Shown piece after piece: positions 8,896 to 20,331 of a DNA stretch of 64,000 nt. Under the pieces are notes generated by a model, which saw only the letters and a list, made by a program, of their open reading frames with translations, had not been told where the DNA came from and searched no databases. This DNA comes from an uncultured Sulfitobacter sp. GTDB lineage: Bacteria > Pseudomonadota > Alphaproteobacteria > Rhodobacterales > Rhodobacteraceae. The stretch spans positions 3,644 through 67,643 of the forward strand of contig CAXBKL010000001.1 in NCBI GenBank assembly GCA_963976125.1, written 5' to 3'. The position numbers were made by a program, and so were the translations under genes. The stretch's first letter is position 1. Each line of letters starts with the position of its first letter.

Positions 8896-10593
8896 ATGAC
8901 AATGGCACATGACGGTCAGGACGTGAAACAAATCCAGACATCTGTAATTCTGGACAACCTTCTGACGCTCACCGGGGCGGCGGTCGGGCCGGTTCAGGGC
9001 ATCCTTGAAAAAGCGACCGCCCGCGTGCGCGAAACCGTAAGCGCCAATGGCCGCGTCTCCGCCGATCTGATTGAGCGGCATCAAACCGCCGCACATGGCC
9101 TTGCCTGGCTGGCGACCTATGCGCAGGCTCTGGAGCAGATGCAGAAATGGGCCGTGGCTCTGCAGGCAGAGGGCAAATTCAACGAGACCGAACAACTGAT
9201 CCACCAGATTGCCTTTGGGGAATACCTTTGGCAGATCTACGGCGGCATTCAGATGAACCAAGGCGAGATATTGCGCCTGCAAGACCTTGGCCTGAGCCAG
9301 GACGATATGCGCGGGATGATGGATGATGCGGTCACAGCCCTGACCCAGGGCGGCAACACACAGGACGCCCGGACACGTCTGGTCCAACTGATGCAGGAGC
9401 ATTCGGCCAACATCAGCGTCGGTGCGACCGGCCTTGATGAAGAGCTGGAAATGATTCGCGAGCAGTTTCGGCGCTATGCCGTCGAAAAGGTGGAACCCTT
9501 TGCTCATGACTGGCATCTCAAGGATGAGCTGATCCCGATAGAGGTAATCAACGAGCTTGCGGAAATGGGGGTCTTTGGCCTGACCATCCCGGAGGAGTTT
9601 GGCGGCTTCGGCCTGTCCAAGGCGTCGATGTGCGTGGTGTCCGAGGAATTGTCCCGAGGCTATATCGGGGTTGGGTCATTGGGCACCCGATCCGAAATCG
9701 CGGCGGAATTGATCATCGCGGGCGGCACGGACGAACAGAAGGCCAAATGGCTGCCCCGGATCGCCAGTGCCGAAACATTGCCCACCGCCGTCTTCACCGA
9801 GCCGAACACAGGTTCGGACCTTGGATCGCTGCGCGCCCGCGCGGTCAAGGACGAGAATGGCGATTACAAGGTCACGGGAAACAAGACCTGGATCACCCAT
9901 GCCGCACGCACCCATGTGATGACGTTGCTGGCCCGCACCGACCCTGCAACGGACAATTACAAGGGACTGTCGATGTTCCTTGCGGAAAAGACACCCGGCG
10001 ATGACGCGGACCCCTTTCCCACCGACGGCATGACCGGAGGAGAAATCGAGGTGCTCGGCTATCGCGGCATGAAGGAATACGAGCTTGGCTTCGACAACTT
10101 CCATGTGAAAGGTGAGAACCTGTTGGGTGGAGAAGAGGGCAAAGGTTTCAAACAACTGATGGAAACCTTCGAATCCGCGCGCATTCAAACGGCGGCACGG
10201 GCCATTGGGGTTGCCCAATCCGCGCTGGACATATCCATGCAGTACGCCCAGGACCGCAAGCAATTTGGCAAAGCCCTGATAAACTTCCCACGGGTATCGT
10301 CAAAGCTGGCGATGATGGCGGTCGAAATCATGGTGGCGCGCCAGTTGACTTACTTCTCCGCGTTCGAGAAGGATGAGGGCCGCCGATGCGATGTCGAGGC
10401 CGGGATGGCAAAGCTCCTGGGCGCCCGTGTCGCCTGGGCGGCGGCGGACAATGGGTTGCAAATTCATGGCGGCAACGGGTTTGCCCTTGAGTACAAGATC
10501 AGCCGCGTATTGTGTGACGCACGCATCCTGAACATCTTTGAAGGTGCTGCGGAAATTCAGGCGCAGGTCATCGCCCGCCGCATTCTGGGTTAG
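8896..10593 (+). CDS. mcd: Acyl-CoA dehydrogenase, probably (2S)-methylsuccinyl-CoA dehydrogenase of the ethylmalonyl-CoA pathway
   Basis: ACAD motifs FTEPNTGSD, GNKTWIT, QIHGGNG, IFEGAAEIQ; long N-terminal extension starting MAHDGQD, as in Rhodobacteraceae Mcd. Start is 8896 or 8902. Confidence 0.8.
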   Translation: MTMAHDGQDVKQIQTSVILDNLLTLTGAAVGPVQGILEKATARVRETVSANGRVSADLIERHQTAAHGLAWLATYAQALEQMQKWAVALQAEGKFNETEQLIHQIAFGEYLWQIYGGIQMNQGEILRLQDLGLSQDDMRGMMDDAVTALTQGGNTQDARTRLVQLMQEHSANISVGATGLDEELEMIREQFRRYAVEKVEPFAHDWHLKDELIPIEVINELAEMGVFGLTIPEEFGGFGLSKASMCVVSEELSRGYIGVGSLGTRSEIAAELIIAGGTDEQKAKWLPRIASAETLPTAVFTEPNTGSDLGSLRARAVKDENGDYKVTGNKTWITHAARTHVMTLLARTDPATDNYKGLSMFLAEKTPGDDADPFPTDGMTGGEIEVLGYRGMKEYELGFDNFHVKGENLLGGEEGKGFKQLMETFESARIQTAARAIGVAQSALDISMQYAQDRKQFGKALINFPRVSSKLAMMAVEIMVARQLTYFSAFEKDEGRRCDVEAGMAKLLGARVAWAAADNGLQIHGGNGFALEYKISRVLCDARILNIFEGAAEIQAQVIARRILG

Positions 10594-10659
10594 ACCCATG
10601 ACGTGAGCACAAGGGAGGCATGACTTGCCTCCCCCATTAGCAGCACGTAGTCACTCTGA

Positions 10660-11187
10660 ATGCGCAGTACCCGCCTCACCCCAGAAATATGGCTTTCCGC
10701 CGGACTTGATGCCCTTGCCGCATCCGGGCCACAGGCGTTGGCGGCGGAACCCCTTGCGCGGGCGCTTGGGACCACCAAGGGGTCGTTCTATTGGCATTTC
10801 AAGGATGTGCCCGCCTTTCAGGATGCGGTTCTTTCCCGGTGGCGCGTGGACGCACTGGCCCATGTCATTGATTTGTTGCAACAGACCGGCGGCCCGGATC
10901 AGCGCCTGCGCCAGTTTGGCCGCGACATCGTTACCGATGGTGCCGAAGCAAGCGTGCGTGTCTGGGCCTTGACCGACAGCCGCGTTGCAGCGATTTGCGC
11001 GGAAGTCGACGCCGAGCGCCAGCAGTACCTGACCCGCATTCTGGGTCAGGTTGGCCTTGGGAATCCCGATTTTGCATTGGCCCTTCAGGCAACTTTGATC
11101 GGCCTGTCGCAACTTTCCCCTCGATCCACTGAGGATCAGATGGCACCGTTTGACACATTGGTAGATACCGTCCTTGCCCTTGCCTGA
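10660..11187 (+). CDS. TetR-family regulator
   Basis: LARALGTTKGSFYWHFKD HTH. Confidence 0.88.
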   Translation: MRSTRLTPEIWLSAGLDALAASGPQALAAEPLARALGTTKGSFYWHFKDVPAFQDAVLSRWRVDALAHVIDLLQQTGGPDQRLRQFGRDIVTDGAEASVRVWALTDSRVAAICAEVDAERQQYLTRILGQVGLGNPDFALALQATLIGLSQLSPRSTEDQMAPFDTLVDTVLALA

Positions 11188-11202
11188 GGTTGCCACCGTC
11201 CC

Positions 11203-11595
11203 ATGCTGACCCATCTTCTGTTTGCCGCCGCCATTATCCTGACCGCCTCACCGGCCGATGAAACGATCCGCTCTTATGGTGGTGGGGCCGGTACCTGGCA
11301 GGTTGTGGAAATGAACGGCACGCCTTTCACCGGCACGGCGACGTTGAGTTTCCCCAAGGCGGGGCAAATCGCGGGGCAAGCGCCGTGTAACCGCTATGTG
11401 GCGGAGATGATTGTACCCTACCCCTGGTTCGAGGTCGGCCCGATCGCGGCAACCCGCATGGCCTGCCCGGAGCTGGACCAGGAAGCGGTCTTTTTCAAGG
11501 CGCTCGAAGCTGCGACCTTGTCCGAGGTGCAGGGCGGCCTGCTGATCCTGTCTGACGACGCAGGTGATGTGCTCGTTTTCAAACCTGCCGAGTAA
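11203..11595 (+). CDS. META domain protein (HslJ-like), secreted
   Basis: Signal peptide; GQAPCNRY and IAATRMACP motifs. Confidence 0.85.
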   Translation: MLTHLLFAAAIILTASPADETIRSYGGGAGTWQVVEMNGTPFTGTATLSFPKAGQIAGQAPCNRYVAEMIVPYPWFEVGPIAATRMACPELDQEAVFFKALEAATLSEVQGGLLILSDDAGDVLVFKPAE

Positions 11596-12304
11596 ACGTA
11601 TCGACGAAACGCGCCCGCGCTTCCGGCAGGGGCCGGTCCCCAAGATCGGCGGCCAGATGTGCCTTGAGAAAATACCCTGTTGTCACAAATCCCTGTGCTA
11701 TTTCGGCATTTGATCCCTCCCCAACCCCCCGCAAGACATCCGGCAGCGGCAACAGCTTGTCCGCCCATTCGCCAGCACCCTGCGCGGAGACGGCCCTGCC
11801 CGACTTGGGCGAGACATAGATCAACCCTTCCTGCGCACCGGTAACGGCGCAGCTACCCAGATCAAGGGCATAGCCCATGTCCTCGAGAAGGGTCATTTCC
11901 CATTGCAGGTAGGCCAGCGGCCAGACATCGTGCTGGCCCAGCAGATCCAGCAATGAATGGGTGCGGTGATACAGGTTGGCATGCGGTTCACGCTCCGGCA
12001 GGCAAAAAGACAACAGCGCGGTGACAGCGTTCAGCCCAGCGAGGGTCATCCGGTCGGCCATCGCCGCCGCTGCGCGGCTGCGCAGGGGTTCAACCGTAAA
12101 GCTGCCGATGTGATCCTCCAGCCGCGCCCGCCATGCCACGTCCAATTGTGCGCCGGGTTGCAGGATGGGGGCAATCTTGCGGCTTGTCCCGCCCCGGACA
12201 ACGCCCAGATGCCGACCCTGATGCGGTGTGAACATTTCGATAATGGCAGAGGTTTCACCGTGGCGTCTGCTGCTCAGCAATATACCCTGATCGCGCCATT
12301 CCAT
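11579..12304 (-). CDS. recO: DNA repair protein RecO
   Basis: [10 protein letters not shown]...HGE...CAVTG...[10 protein letters not shown]; end of the rnc-era operon. Confidence 0.95.
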   Translation of the reverse strand: MEWRDQGILLSSRRHGETSAIIEMFTPHQGRHLGVVRGGTSRKIAPILQPGAQLDVAWRARLEDHIGSFTVEPLRSRAAAAMADRMTLAGLNAVTALLSFCLPEREPHANLYHRTHSLLDLLGQHDVWPLAYLQWEMTLLEDMGYALDLGSCAVTGAQEGLIYVSPKSGRAVSAQGAGEWADKLLPLPDVLRGVGEGSNAEIAQGFVTTGYFLKAHLAADLGDRPLPEARARFVDTFTRQV

Positions 12305-12633
12305 CAGGCCAACCCGTCCTCATCCAGCAAATGCCGACCCTGCCGGTCCTCGACCTCAATCACCCAAAGGTCCGGGTCAAAACCGCGCTGGCGGGAGACC
12401 GTTTCGTCCACGTCCTGTTCCGGGCCGTTTGCCAGTTCAACCCAACGACGGTGCCCGGTCATCAGATCGAACGAACGCTGGAACAGGACAGCAGATCCAT
12501 CAAGTGTCGCAAGTTTAACCATCACCGCCCCGCCGGTGTCATCCCCGTGGGCCACGACAAATGCGGGAATGTCCTGCAACCGCAGCCGCGTCAGGTAGGC
12601 GTCCACCCAAAAGCGTGCGGTCAGGCGTGCCAT
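12304..12633 (-). CDS. DUF1491 family protein
   Basis: RL...[10 protein letters not shown]...[17 protein letters not shown]; conserved between era and recO. Confidence 0.8.
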   Translation of the reverse strand: MARLTARFWVDAYLTRLRLQDIPAFVVAHGDDTGGAVMVKLATLDGSAVLFQRSFDLMTGHRRWVELANGPEQDVDETVSRQRGFDPDLWVIEVEDRQGRHLLDEDGLA

Positions 12634-12715
12634 CTAAAGGGGTCCAGCGTTGTTGCAAGGTCGAATCCCGGCGTCCCGGCACAAGATCTGGTCCGGGGAT
12701 GTTCCAAGGGGACGT

Positions 12716-13624
12716 TCAGCTGTTTCCATCTTTGAAATCGAGCCCCATTTCCGAATAGCGTTCCGCCTCGTCCAGCCAGTTGGGCCGCACCTTGACCTGC
12801 AGGAACAAGTGAATGCGGCGACCCAGGAATTCTTCCAACTCCTCGCGCGCGGCCTTGCTGACCGCTTTGATCGTTTCGCCTTTGTTGCCCAACACGATGC
12901 CCTTGTGGCCATCGCGAACAACATAGATCAGCTGATCTATTCGAGCGGAGCCGTCTTTGCGTTCTTCCCAATTCTCCGTTTCGACCGTCAGCTGATAGGG
13001 CAATTCCTGATGCAAACGCAGCGTCAGTTTTTCCCGCGTCATTTCGGCGGCAATCATCCGCATCGGCAAGTCGGCGATCTGGTCCTCAGGATACAGCCAC
13101 GGCCCTTCGGGCAATTGTCCGGCCAGCCATTGGCGCAAGGCATCCACACCGTGCCCGCGTTCCGCCGAAATCATGAAAGTTTCGGCAAAGGGGTAGCGGT
13201 CGTTCAGGTCTTTCGACAGCCCCAACAGAACCGGCGCCTCGACCCTGTCAATCTTGTTGATGGCAAGCGCCACCTTGCGGCCCTCGCCAATTTCGGCAAG
13301 TCCCTCGAGTATCCGCTCCACACCTTCGCTGACACCGCGATGCGCCTCGATCATCAGAACCACGAGGTCGGCATCCGCCGCCCCCCCCCATGCGGCCGCG
13401 ACCATTGCGCGGTCCAACCTGCGGCGCGGCTGGAACAGGCCGGGTGTATCAACAAAGACGATCTGCGCGTCCCCTTCCATGGCGACGCCGCGAATGCGCG
13501 CGCGGGTGGTCTGAACCTTGTGGGTGACGATCGACACCTTTGCGCCAACCATCTTGTTCAGCAAGGAGGATTTCCCTGCGTTCGGCTCTCCAATCAGAGC
13601 CACAAATCCGGCACGGGTACTCAT
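12716..13624 (-). CDS. era: GTPase Era
   Basis: [20 protein letters not shown]; C-terminal KH domain. Confidence 0.97.
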   Translation of the reverse strand: MSTRAGFVALIGEPNAGKSSLLNKMVGAKVSIVTHKVQTTRARIRGVAMEGDAQIVFVDTPGLFQPRRRLDRAMVAAAWGGAADADLVVLMIEAHRGVSEGVERILEGLAEIGEGRKVALAINKIDRVEAPVLLGLSKDLNDRYPFAETFMISAERGHGVDALRQWLAGQLPEGPWLYPEDQIADLPMRMIAAEMTREKLTLRLHQELPYQLTVETENWEERKDGSARIDQLIYVVRDGHKGIVLGNKGETIKAVSKAAREELEEFLGRRIHLFLQVKVRPNWLDEAERYSEMGLDFKDGNS

Positions 13625-14307
13625 GTCTCGTCCTCCAGTTGCGCCAACAGCATCGTTGCCGCGGCTTGCTCGGCTGCGCGCTTGGACGGTGCGGTAGCTA
13701 TTGCTTCTGCACCGTTTTCAAGCCGGGCTGTAATGGTGAATACCGGCGCATGGTCCGGGCCGCTCCGGGCTGTTTGTACATATTTTGGCGGCAATAGCTT
13801 GCGCGCCTGCGCCCATTCTTGAAGCGCAGTCTTGGCATCACGCGCATCGGCTTCAACCGCTTCAATCCGCGGACCCCACAACCGCAGGATCAACGCCTTT
13901 GCCGCCTCAAAACCACCATCAAGATAGACGGCGGCAATCACTGCTTCAATTGCATCACCCAGCAGGGCCTGCTTGCGCCGCCCCCCCGAAATCATCTCGG
14001 ACCGGCCCAGTTTGAGAACCGTGCCCAGATCAATCTCGCGGGCCACGTCGGCGCAGGTTTCCTTGCGCACCAGCGCGTTGAAGCGCGGGGCCAATTGCCC
14101 TTCGGTGGCCTTGGGATCAAGCGCCAGAAGCGCCTCGGCCATCACAAGACCAAGCACCCGGTCACCCAGAAACTCAAGCCGCTGATTATCGTCCCGGTTG
14201 GCCGAGGACATCGACGCGTGCGTGACTGCGCGACCCAGCAATTCAGGCTTGGCAAAACGGTGCCCGATACGCGCCTCAAAGGCTTTCAGATCGCCGCTCA
14301 GCTTCAT
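13621..14307 (-). CDS. rnc: Ribonuclease III
   Basis: [14 protein letters not shown], ds[12 protein letters not shown]...GPDHAP. Start at ATG 14307 overlaps the lepB stop. Confidence 0.97.
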   Translation of the reverse strand: MKLSGDLKAFEARIGHRFAKPELLGRAVTHASMSSANRDDNQRLEFLGDRVLGLVMAEALLALDPKATEGQLAPRFNALVRKETCADVAREIDLGTVLKLGRSEMISGGRRKQALLGDAIEAVIAAVYLDGGFEAAKALILRLWGPRIEAVEADARDAKTALQEWAQARKLLPPKYVQTARSGPDHAPVFTITARLENGAEAIATAPSKRAAEQAAATMLLAQLEDET

Positions 14308-15140
14308 TCGACAGCTTTGAAGAAACGGCCGCTGCGCCAGGTCCAGAAGAACAGCATGGAACGCCCGGCCGAGCTGAATACGATACGGTCTGCACGACCG
14401 ATCAGGTTCTCGTAGGGGACAAAACCCACGCCACCTGCCTGTTGCGCAAGACGGCTGTCTGCGGAATTGTCCCGATTGTCGCCCATGAAGAAATAATGCC
14501 CCTCGGGGACGGAATAGACGCCCGTTCGATCGGACTGCTGATTTGCGATATTCAGGATCGGATACGAGACGCCGTTTGGCAAAGTCTCGATCTGGCGGCC
14601 TTTTGAACATAGCCCGCCCTGTCCTACCGCGCCGTTTTCACACCGGGGGCGCATCCCTTGCGGACCCTGCGGTGCCATCACTTCTTCGAAGGGAGGAATG
14701 GTCTCAAGCTTGACCGGCTCCCCGTTGATATACAGAACCCCGGCCTTCATCTGGACCTTTTCGCCCGGCAGCCCGATCAGCCGCTTGATATAGTCACGCC
14801 CGGAAACCGGATGGCGGAACACCACCACGTCGCCGCGCTCCGGCTCTCCGCCCCAAAGTCGGGTGTTGTCGCCGTCAAACACGCCGCACACGTCCTTGGC
14901 GTCCACTTCGATGCCGAAACGGGGCAACATCAGGCTGGGACAGGAGGCATAGGAATAGCCATAGGCCATCTTGTTCACGAAAAGGAAATCACCGATCAGC
15001 AATGTCTCTTTCATGGAGCCCGAGGGGATCCAGAAGGGTTGAAAAAACAGGGTCCGAAACACGCCGGCGATCACCAACGCATAGACGATTGTCTTGATGG
15101 TTTCGACAAAGGCATTGCCGGATTTTTCCTTGTCAGCCAT
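14304..15140 (-). CDS. lepB: Signal peptidase I
   Basis: [23 protein letters not shown]. Confidence 0.97.
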   Translation of the reverse strand: MADKEKSGNAFVETIKTIVYALVIAGVFRTLFFQPFWIPSGSMKETLLIGDFLFVNKMAYGYSYASCPSLMLPRFGIEVDAKDVCGVFDGDNTRLWGGEPERGDVVVFRHPVSGRDYIKRLIGLPGEKVQMKAGVLYINGEPVKLETIPPFEEVMAPQGPQGMRPRCENGAVGQGGLCSKGRQIETLPNGVSYPILNIANQQSDRTGVYSVPEGHYFFMGDNRDNSADSRLAQQAGGVGFVPYENLIGRADRIVFSSAGRSMLFFWTWRSGRFFKAVE

Positions 15141-15168
15141 TCGGCGTCCCTTTCATGGAGATTTGGGG

Positions 15169-15198
15169 TTACATGCGGGCGGTGGGCGGTACTGTCAA
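15169..15198 (-). promoter_or_regulatory. Putative sigma70 promoter of lepB-rnc-era
   Basis: TTGACA (15198-15193), 18 nt spacer, ATGTAA. Confidence 0.45.
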
Positions 15199-15318
15199 GG
15201 TAGCGGCAGGGTGTTGCACCCATCCGGTGCCCCCGATCATGCGTGCCAGGGCCGTCTTGTCGCCAAAGAGGCAACCAACTGCCCAAGCACCCTGCCCTCT
15301 GGCCTGGTGTTGCTGTTT

Positions 15319-15726
15319 TCACTCTTCGAGTATTGGCCGTGCCTCGATCAGGACAAAGGCCTGCGCCCAAGGGTGGTCGTCCGTCAGTGTCACATGAATG
15401 ATTGCCTCATGCCCGGACGGGGTCATTTCGGCCAGACGTTCAGCGGCCCACCCGGTGACCTCCATCACCGGCTGACCAGTGTGTAGATTGCTGACGGCCA
15501 TGTCCCGCCACGAGATGCCCATCCGCAGGCCGGTCCCAAGCGCCTTTGAGCAGGCCTCTTTCGCGGCCCATCGCTTTGCATAGGTGCCCGCCACATCCTT
15601 GCGCCGCTCCGCCTTGCGCTGCTCCACCTCGGTAAAGACACGATTGCGGAACCGGTCGCCAAACCGGTCCAGCGTCCGTTGAATGCGTTCGATATTCGCA
15701 AGGTCGGTGCCGATGCCGAGGATCAT
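15319..15726 (-). CDS. acpS: Holo-ACP synthase
   Basis: ILGIGTD...FT..E...[17 protein letters not shown]. Confidence 0.96.
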   Translation of the reverse strand: MILGIGTDLANIERIQRTLDRFGDRFRNRVFTEVEQRKAERRKDVAGTYAKRWAAKEACSKALGTGLRMGISWRDMAVSNLHTGQPVMEVTGWAAERLAEMTPSGHEAIIHVTLTDDHPWAQAFVLIEARPILEE

Positions 15727-15816
15727 TTCAATCCACCCCCGGAAAAGGCGACGGTTGCGACCCGCCCCACAGGTGTTGGGCGGTCAATCATGTCGGTATT
15801 GGCATCGCGGGCCACA

Positions 15817-16254
15817 TCAATTCAACGGCACCGTTTTCAATGAGGCCAAATCAATACGCCAACGGGAAACCTGTGTCGGACAGCAGCGCGGCTCATTGGG
15901 GCCAAGAGTTGTTGTTGTCACATCGACACTGCTTTGACCAAATAATGCATCCCGTGGCATATGCCCCCATAGACCGTCGATCTGTCCGGTGAAGATCCAA
16001 TTGGACCCCTGTTTGACAAACGACCCAACGGCGATCCCCGTATTCCCCGCCGAGCCTGGGATATACTCATAGACCACGCCGATGGCGCGCTCTGCCGTGG
16101 TCGGATCAAGTGTATCAGGCAACCAGAACGACGCCTCTGCGGTTCCAGAGCTTGTAAGGTGACGATACAACAAAGCGTCCAGATTTCCCCAGCTCTGCGC
16201 CAAGGCAGGCAGCCCTGCGACCATCAGGCAGATTGCAGCAAGAATGGCTTTCAT
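15817..16254 (-). CDS. Hypothetical secreted protein
   Basis: Sec signal [19 protein letters not shown]; C-terminal [10 protein letters not shown]; ATGA-coupled to pdxJ. Confidence 0.75.
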   Translation of the reverse strand: MKAILAAICLMVAGLPALAQSWGNLDALLYRHLTSSGTAEASFWLPDTLDPTTAERAIGVVYEYIPGSAGNTGIAVGSFVKQGSNWIFTGQIDGLWGHMPRDALFGQSSVDVTTTTLGPNEPRCCPTQVSRWRIDLASLKTVPLN

Positions 16255-17006
16255 TGGCGCGCCCCATCCATCAGACGGCGCATTTCCTTGATGGCGGGCT
16301 CCAATCCGAGGAAAATCGCCTCACCAATCAGAAAATGGCCGATGTTGAGTTCGCGCACCTCAGGGAAAGCCGCGACCGGGGACACGGTATCATAGGTCAG
16401 CCCATGCCCCGCATGCACTTCGAGACCCAGACTGTCGGCAAAGGTCGCCATGTCGCGCAGTTTGCCCAGTTCAACCTCTGCCTGTTCGGCACGCCCTTCG
16501 GCAAAGGCATCACAATAGGCACCGGTATGCAGTTCGATCACCTCGGCACCGATCCGGTTGGCGGCTTCGATCTGGCGCGGGTCCGCTGCGATGAATATCG
16601 ACACGCGGCTTCCTGCTTCGCGCAGCGGCGCAATGAAATGCGCCAGCTTGTTTTCTTCGCGGGCCACTTCCAATCCGCCCTCGGTGGTGCGCTCTTCGCG
16701 CTTTTCGGGGACAATACAGACCGCATGAGGTTTGTGCCGAAGGGCGATTTTCTGCATCTCGTCGGTGGCGGCCATTTCAAAGTTCAGGGGCACCGACAGG
16801 ACGTCCATCAACCCTTCGATGTCTGCGTCCGAGATATGCCGCCGATCCTCTCGCAGATGCGCGGTAATCCCATCGGCACCAGCCTCTTGCGCGATCCGGG
16901 CAGCGCGCAACGGATCAGGATAGGCGCCGCCGCGCGCATTGCGCACGGTTGCCACGTGATCAATGTTCACGCCCAGCCGCAGTTCAGGTTCTTCGCTCAC
17001 GTCCAT
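16251..17006 (-). CDS. pdxJ: Pyridoxine 5'-phosphate synthase
   Basis: [31 protein letters not shown]. True start may be GTG 17000. Confidence 0.97.
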   Translation of the reverse strand: MDVSEEPELRLGVNIDHVATVRNARGGAYPDPLRAARIAQEAGADGITAHLREDRRHISDADIEGLMDVLSVPLNFEMAATDEMQKIALRHKPHAVCIVPEKREERTTEGGLEVAREENKLAHFIAPLREAGSRVSIFIAADPRQIEAANRIGAEVIELHTGAYCDAFAEGRAEQAEVELGKLRDMATFADSLGLEVHAGHGLTYDTVSPVAAFPEVRELNIGHFLIGEAIFLGLEPAIKEMRRLMDGARQ

Positions 17007-17015
17007 TCCTCCGCA

Positions 17016-17678
17016 TCACTTCTCTTCCGCCTGTCGCTTTGCCTCCGCTTTGGCGGCGGCCTTGTGCTTGAGCGACTCGAATTTCGCTTTGATCATGCCC
17101 CGCCGGCGCTTTTGATAGGCCTTGAGCAGCGGCACCATCAGGTAATACGAAACAGTAGCGAAAATTATGCCCGGTAGGATTCCGCCGATCAGATAGGGAT
17201 AGAAAACCTCGCGCGAGAAAATGGCAAGGCCGGACCAATCGAAATCGGCCTTTGTGAAGATCGCAATGAAATTGTGCCAAAGGTCACTGCCCGCATTGCC
17301 AAACTTGCGGCTGAGCGCGCTCAGCTCTCCCTCGTCCAACTCTGTCCCCAGAATAAGATGCCCGGTCTTCAGGGACGACAGGGCAATAAAGACAAACGTC
17401 AGCGGGTTGCCAACAAAGGTCGCCATGAGGCTGGCGACGATATTGCCCTTCATCAGCTTGGCCAGAATGATGGCCAGAACAAAGTGCAGGCCAAAAAGCG
17501 GGGTAAACGTCACAAACACACCGGCCCAAATGCCGCGTGCGATGCGTTCGGGGCTGTCCGGCAGCCGCCGCATCCGATGTTTCACGTATTGAAACGCACG
17601 GGTCCATCCCCCGCGAGGCCAAAGAAATTCGGCCACCGCTTTCATCGTTGGTTTTGGATCACGGCGTTTGAAGATCAA
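17016..17678 (-). CDS. DUF2062 membrane protein
   Basis: RLPDSPERIARG...TPLFGLH...GNPLT; TTG start inferred. Confidence 0.8.
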   Translation of the reverse strand: MIFKRRDPKPTMKAVAEFLWPRGGWTRAFQYVKHRMRRLPDSPERIARGIWAGVFVTFTPLFGLHFVLAIILAKLMKGNIVASLMATFVGNPLTFVFIALSSLKTGHLILGTELDEGELSALSRKFGNAGSDLWHNFIAIFTKADFDWSGLAIFSREVFYPYLIGGILPGIIFATVSYYLMVPLLKAYQKRRRGMIKAKFESLKHKAAAKAEAKRQAEEK

Positions 17679-17697
17679 GATGTGCTTCCAGTTTCTG

Positions 17698-19869
17698 TCA
17701 TACCTCGGACGCCAGGGCGTCGGGTGCTGTTTCTGCGGTCCGCTGCGCCGTTTCATCCCTGTGTCTGCTGATCGCAGCGACGTCGCTTTCGGCCTCAAGG
17801 GTCGACATCAGGGAATGAAGATGCGCCACGTCCCTGAGTTCGACATGGATCAGGACACGGTAGAAATCCGATTTGCGTTCCAGGAACCTCAGGTCAGAGA
17901 TATTTGCGGAGGCCTCGCCAATCAAGGTGCAGATGCGCCCCAATACGCCCGCGCCGTTGCCGATCGTAAGGTCAAGGGTCGAATCATAGACCGTGGGATG
18001 ATTGCCCTCGTGCCAGCGCAGATCAAGCCAGCGGTCCGGCTGATCTTCGTATTGCGACAAACGCACGCAATCAATGGCGTGAACTGTCACACCTTTGCCG
18101 CGGTAGGTGATGCCGATGATGCGTTCACCGGGCAGCGGAGTACAGCAGGCCGCGCGATCAAATGACTGCCCCGGCTCCAGCCCTATGACCGCCCGCTTTA
18201 CATCGACATGTTCGCCGGGCTTGGGTGCCAGATCCGGATATACGGCCTGAACCACCTCGCGCCCTGTCAATTCCGAACTGCCCAGCCGCGCCAACAGGTC
18301 TTCCATCCCATTCAGGCGCATGTTCTTGCTGGCCGTACGCAAAGCCTTGTCCGTCGCCCGTTTGCCAACCTGGGAGAACGCCGAGCGGGCCAGCTCCCGA
18401 CCCAGTTTGACAAACCGGGCGCGGTCCACTTCGCGCAGCGACCGGCGAATGGCGGATTTCGCCTTGCCGGTGGTGGCAATATCAAGCCAGGTGGCCTGGG
18501 GCGTCTGGCCCTGGGCGCGGATGATCTCGATGGATTGGCCGTTCTTGACGCGGGTCCAAAGCGGCACGCGCATGCCGTCGATCTTGGCCCCAACGCAGGC
18601 GTTGCCGATCCGGGTGTGGATGGCATAGGCGAAATCTATTGGTGTGGCTCCGCGCGGCAATTTTACAACGTCGCCCTTGGGCGTGAAACAGAACACCTGG
18701 TCGGCGTACATCTCAAGCTTGACCGCCTCCAGAAAATCCTCGTGATTTTCTTCGGCGTCAAATTGTTCGGACAATTGTGCAATCCATCTGGCCGGGTCCA
18801 CCGCAAAGGGGTTTTCCGACCGGACGCCATCGCGGTAAGACCAATGAGCCGCCACGCCGGTTTCCGCCACGTCGTGCATTTGCCGCGTCCTGATCTGGAC
18901 CTCGACAATCTTGCCATCGCGCCCTGAAACCGTTGTGTGGATGGAACGGTATCCGTTCGACTTTGGCTGACTGATGTAATCCTTGAACCGCCCCGGCACA
19001 GCACGCCACCTGCGGTGGATCGCGCCCAGCGCCAGATAACAATCCTGATCGCTTTCGGTGATGACCCGAAAGCCGTAGATGTCGGAAAGCCTGTTAAAAC
19101 TGAGCGCTTTCTCCTGCATCTTGCGCCACACCGAATAGGGCTTTTTTGCCCGGCCATAGACTTCGGTTGTGATCGCGGCCTTGTCCAATTCAAACCGCAT
19201 GTCACCGGTGATCTTTTGAATCACGTCCCCCGTTTCACGCTGCAACGTGATGAACCGGCGGATGATGCTGGCACGGCCTTCGGGGTTCAGCACCTTGAAG
19301 GCAAGGTCTTCCAATTCCTCGCGCATCCATTGCATGCCCATCCGGCCTGCAAGGGGTGCAAAAATTTCCATTGTTTCGCGGGCCTTCTGGGCCTGCTTGT
19401 CAACGCGCATGGCCTTGATCGTGCGCATGTTGTGCAGCCGGTCGGCCAGCTTGACCAGGATGACGCGCATATCCTTGGACATGGCCATGAACAGCTTGCG
19501 AAAATTCTCGGCCTGTTTGGTCTCGGTTGAATTCAGCTGAAGATTGGTCAACTTGGTGACGCCGTCCACCAACTCGGCAACTTCGGCTCCAAACAGCCGG
19601 TCCACTTCGGTATAGGACGCTCGGGTATCTTCAATGGTGTCATGCAAAAGCGCCGTGATGATGGTCGCATCATCCAGCTGCTGTTCTGACAGGATCGCAG
19701 CCACCGCAACAGGATGCGAAAAATAGGGTTCCCCGGAATGGCGGGTCTGCCCTTCATGCATCCGTTGACCATAGTCAAAGGCTGTACGAAGCATATCTTC
19801 ATTGGTTTTTGGATTGTAGGCTCGAACAAGGCCTACAAGGTCATCGGCAGTGATGTCGGGGGTGTGCAT
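17698..19869 (-). CDS. spoT: Bifunctional (p)ppGpp synthetase/hydrolase Rsh
   Basis: HD domain (LLHDTIED, KLADRLHN), synthetase (EVQIRT), TGS and ACT domains. Confidence 0.96.
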   Translation of the reverse strand: MHTPDITADDLVGLVRAYNPKTNEDMLRTAFDYGQRMHEGQTRHSGEPYFSHPVAVAAILSEQQLDDATIITALLHDTIEDTRASYTEVDRLFGAEVAELVDGVTKLTNLQLNSTETKQAENFRKLFMAMSKDMRVILVKLADRLHNMRTIKAMRVDKQAQKARETMEIFAPLAGRMGMQWMREELEDLAFKVLNPEGRASIIRRFITLQRETGDVIQKITGDMRFELDKAAITTEVYGRAKKPYSVWRKMQEKALSFNRLSDIYGFRVITESDQDCYLALGAIHRRWRAVPGRFKDYISQPKSNGYRSIHTTVSGRDGKIVEVQIRTRQMHDVAETGVAAHWSYRDGVRSENPFAVDPARWIAQLSEQFDAEENHEDFLEAVKLEMYADQVFCFTPKGDVVKLPRGATPIDFAYAIHTRIGNACVGAKIDGMRVPLWTRVKNGQSIEIIRAQGQTPQATWLDIATTGKAKSAIRRSLREVDRARFVKLGRELARSAFSQVGKRATDKALRTASKNMRLNGMEDLLARLGSSELTGREVVQAVYPDLAPKPGEHVDVKRAVIGLEPGQSFDRAACCTPLPGERIIGITYRGKGVTVHAIDCVRLSQYEDQPDRWLDLRWHEGNHPTVYDSTLDLTIGNGAGVLGRICTLIGEASANISDLRFLERKSDFYRVLIHVELRDVAHLHSLMSTLEAESDVAAISRHRDETAQRTAETAPDALASEV

Positions 19870-19905
19870 GCCATCTGCCTCTTGCCCCTGGCAGGGCTAT
19901 GGGCC

Positions 19906-20259
19906 TTAGCCCTGGCCCTGAGCCGCCATCAACTGACGCAGCAACATTTCTTCGGACATGCTGTCTTCGTCCGGCTTGTCCTGCTCGGCACCCATCAAAA
20001 GCGCCATGGCGTCTTCTTCCGGCTCGTCAACCTCGATCTGATTCTGGTTGCTCTCGATAAGCCGCTCGCGCAGGTCATCTGCTGCCTGCGTTTCATCGGC
20101 AATTTCACGCAGCGAAACAACAGGATTCTTGTCGTTATCGCGGTCCACAGTGACGGGCGAGCCGGCAGAGATTTCGCGCGCACGATGTGCCGCCAGCATG
20201 ACAAGTTCGAACCGGTTGGGAACTTTGTCGACGCAATCTTCTACTGTGACGCGGGCCAT
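19906..20259 (-). CDS. rpoZ: RNA polymerase omega subunit
   Basis: [24 protein letters not shown]. Confidence 0.97.
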   Translation of the reverse strand: MARVTVEDCVDKVPNRFELVMLAAHRAREISAGSPVTVDRDNDKNPVVSLREIADETQAADDLRERLIESNQNQIEVDEPEEDAMALLMGAEQDKPDEDSMSEEMLLRQLMAAQGQG

Positions 20260-20331
20260 GGAATACTCCAGTCTGTGTGCAGGTCTGTCAAAGACGCCTA
20301 TCTAGGGCGCTTTGACGGGATTTACAAGCCG

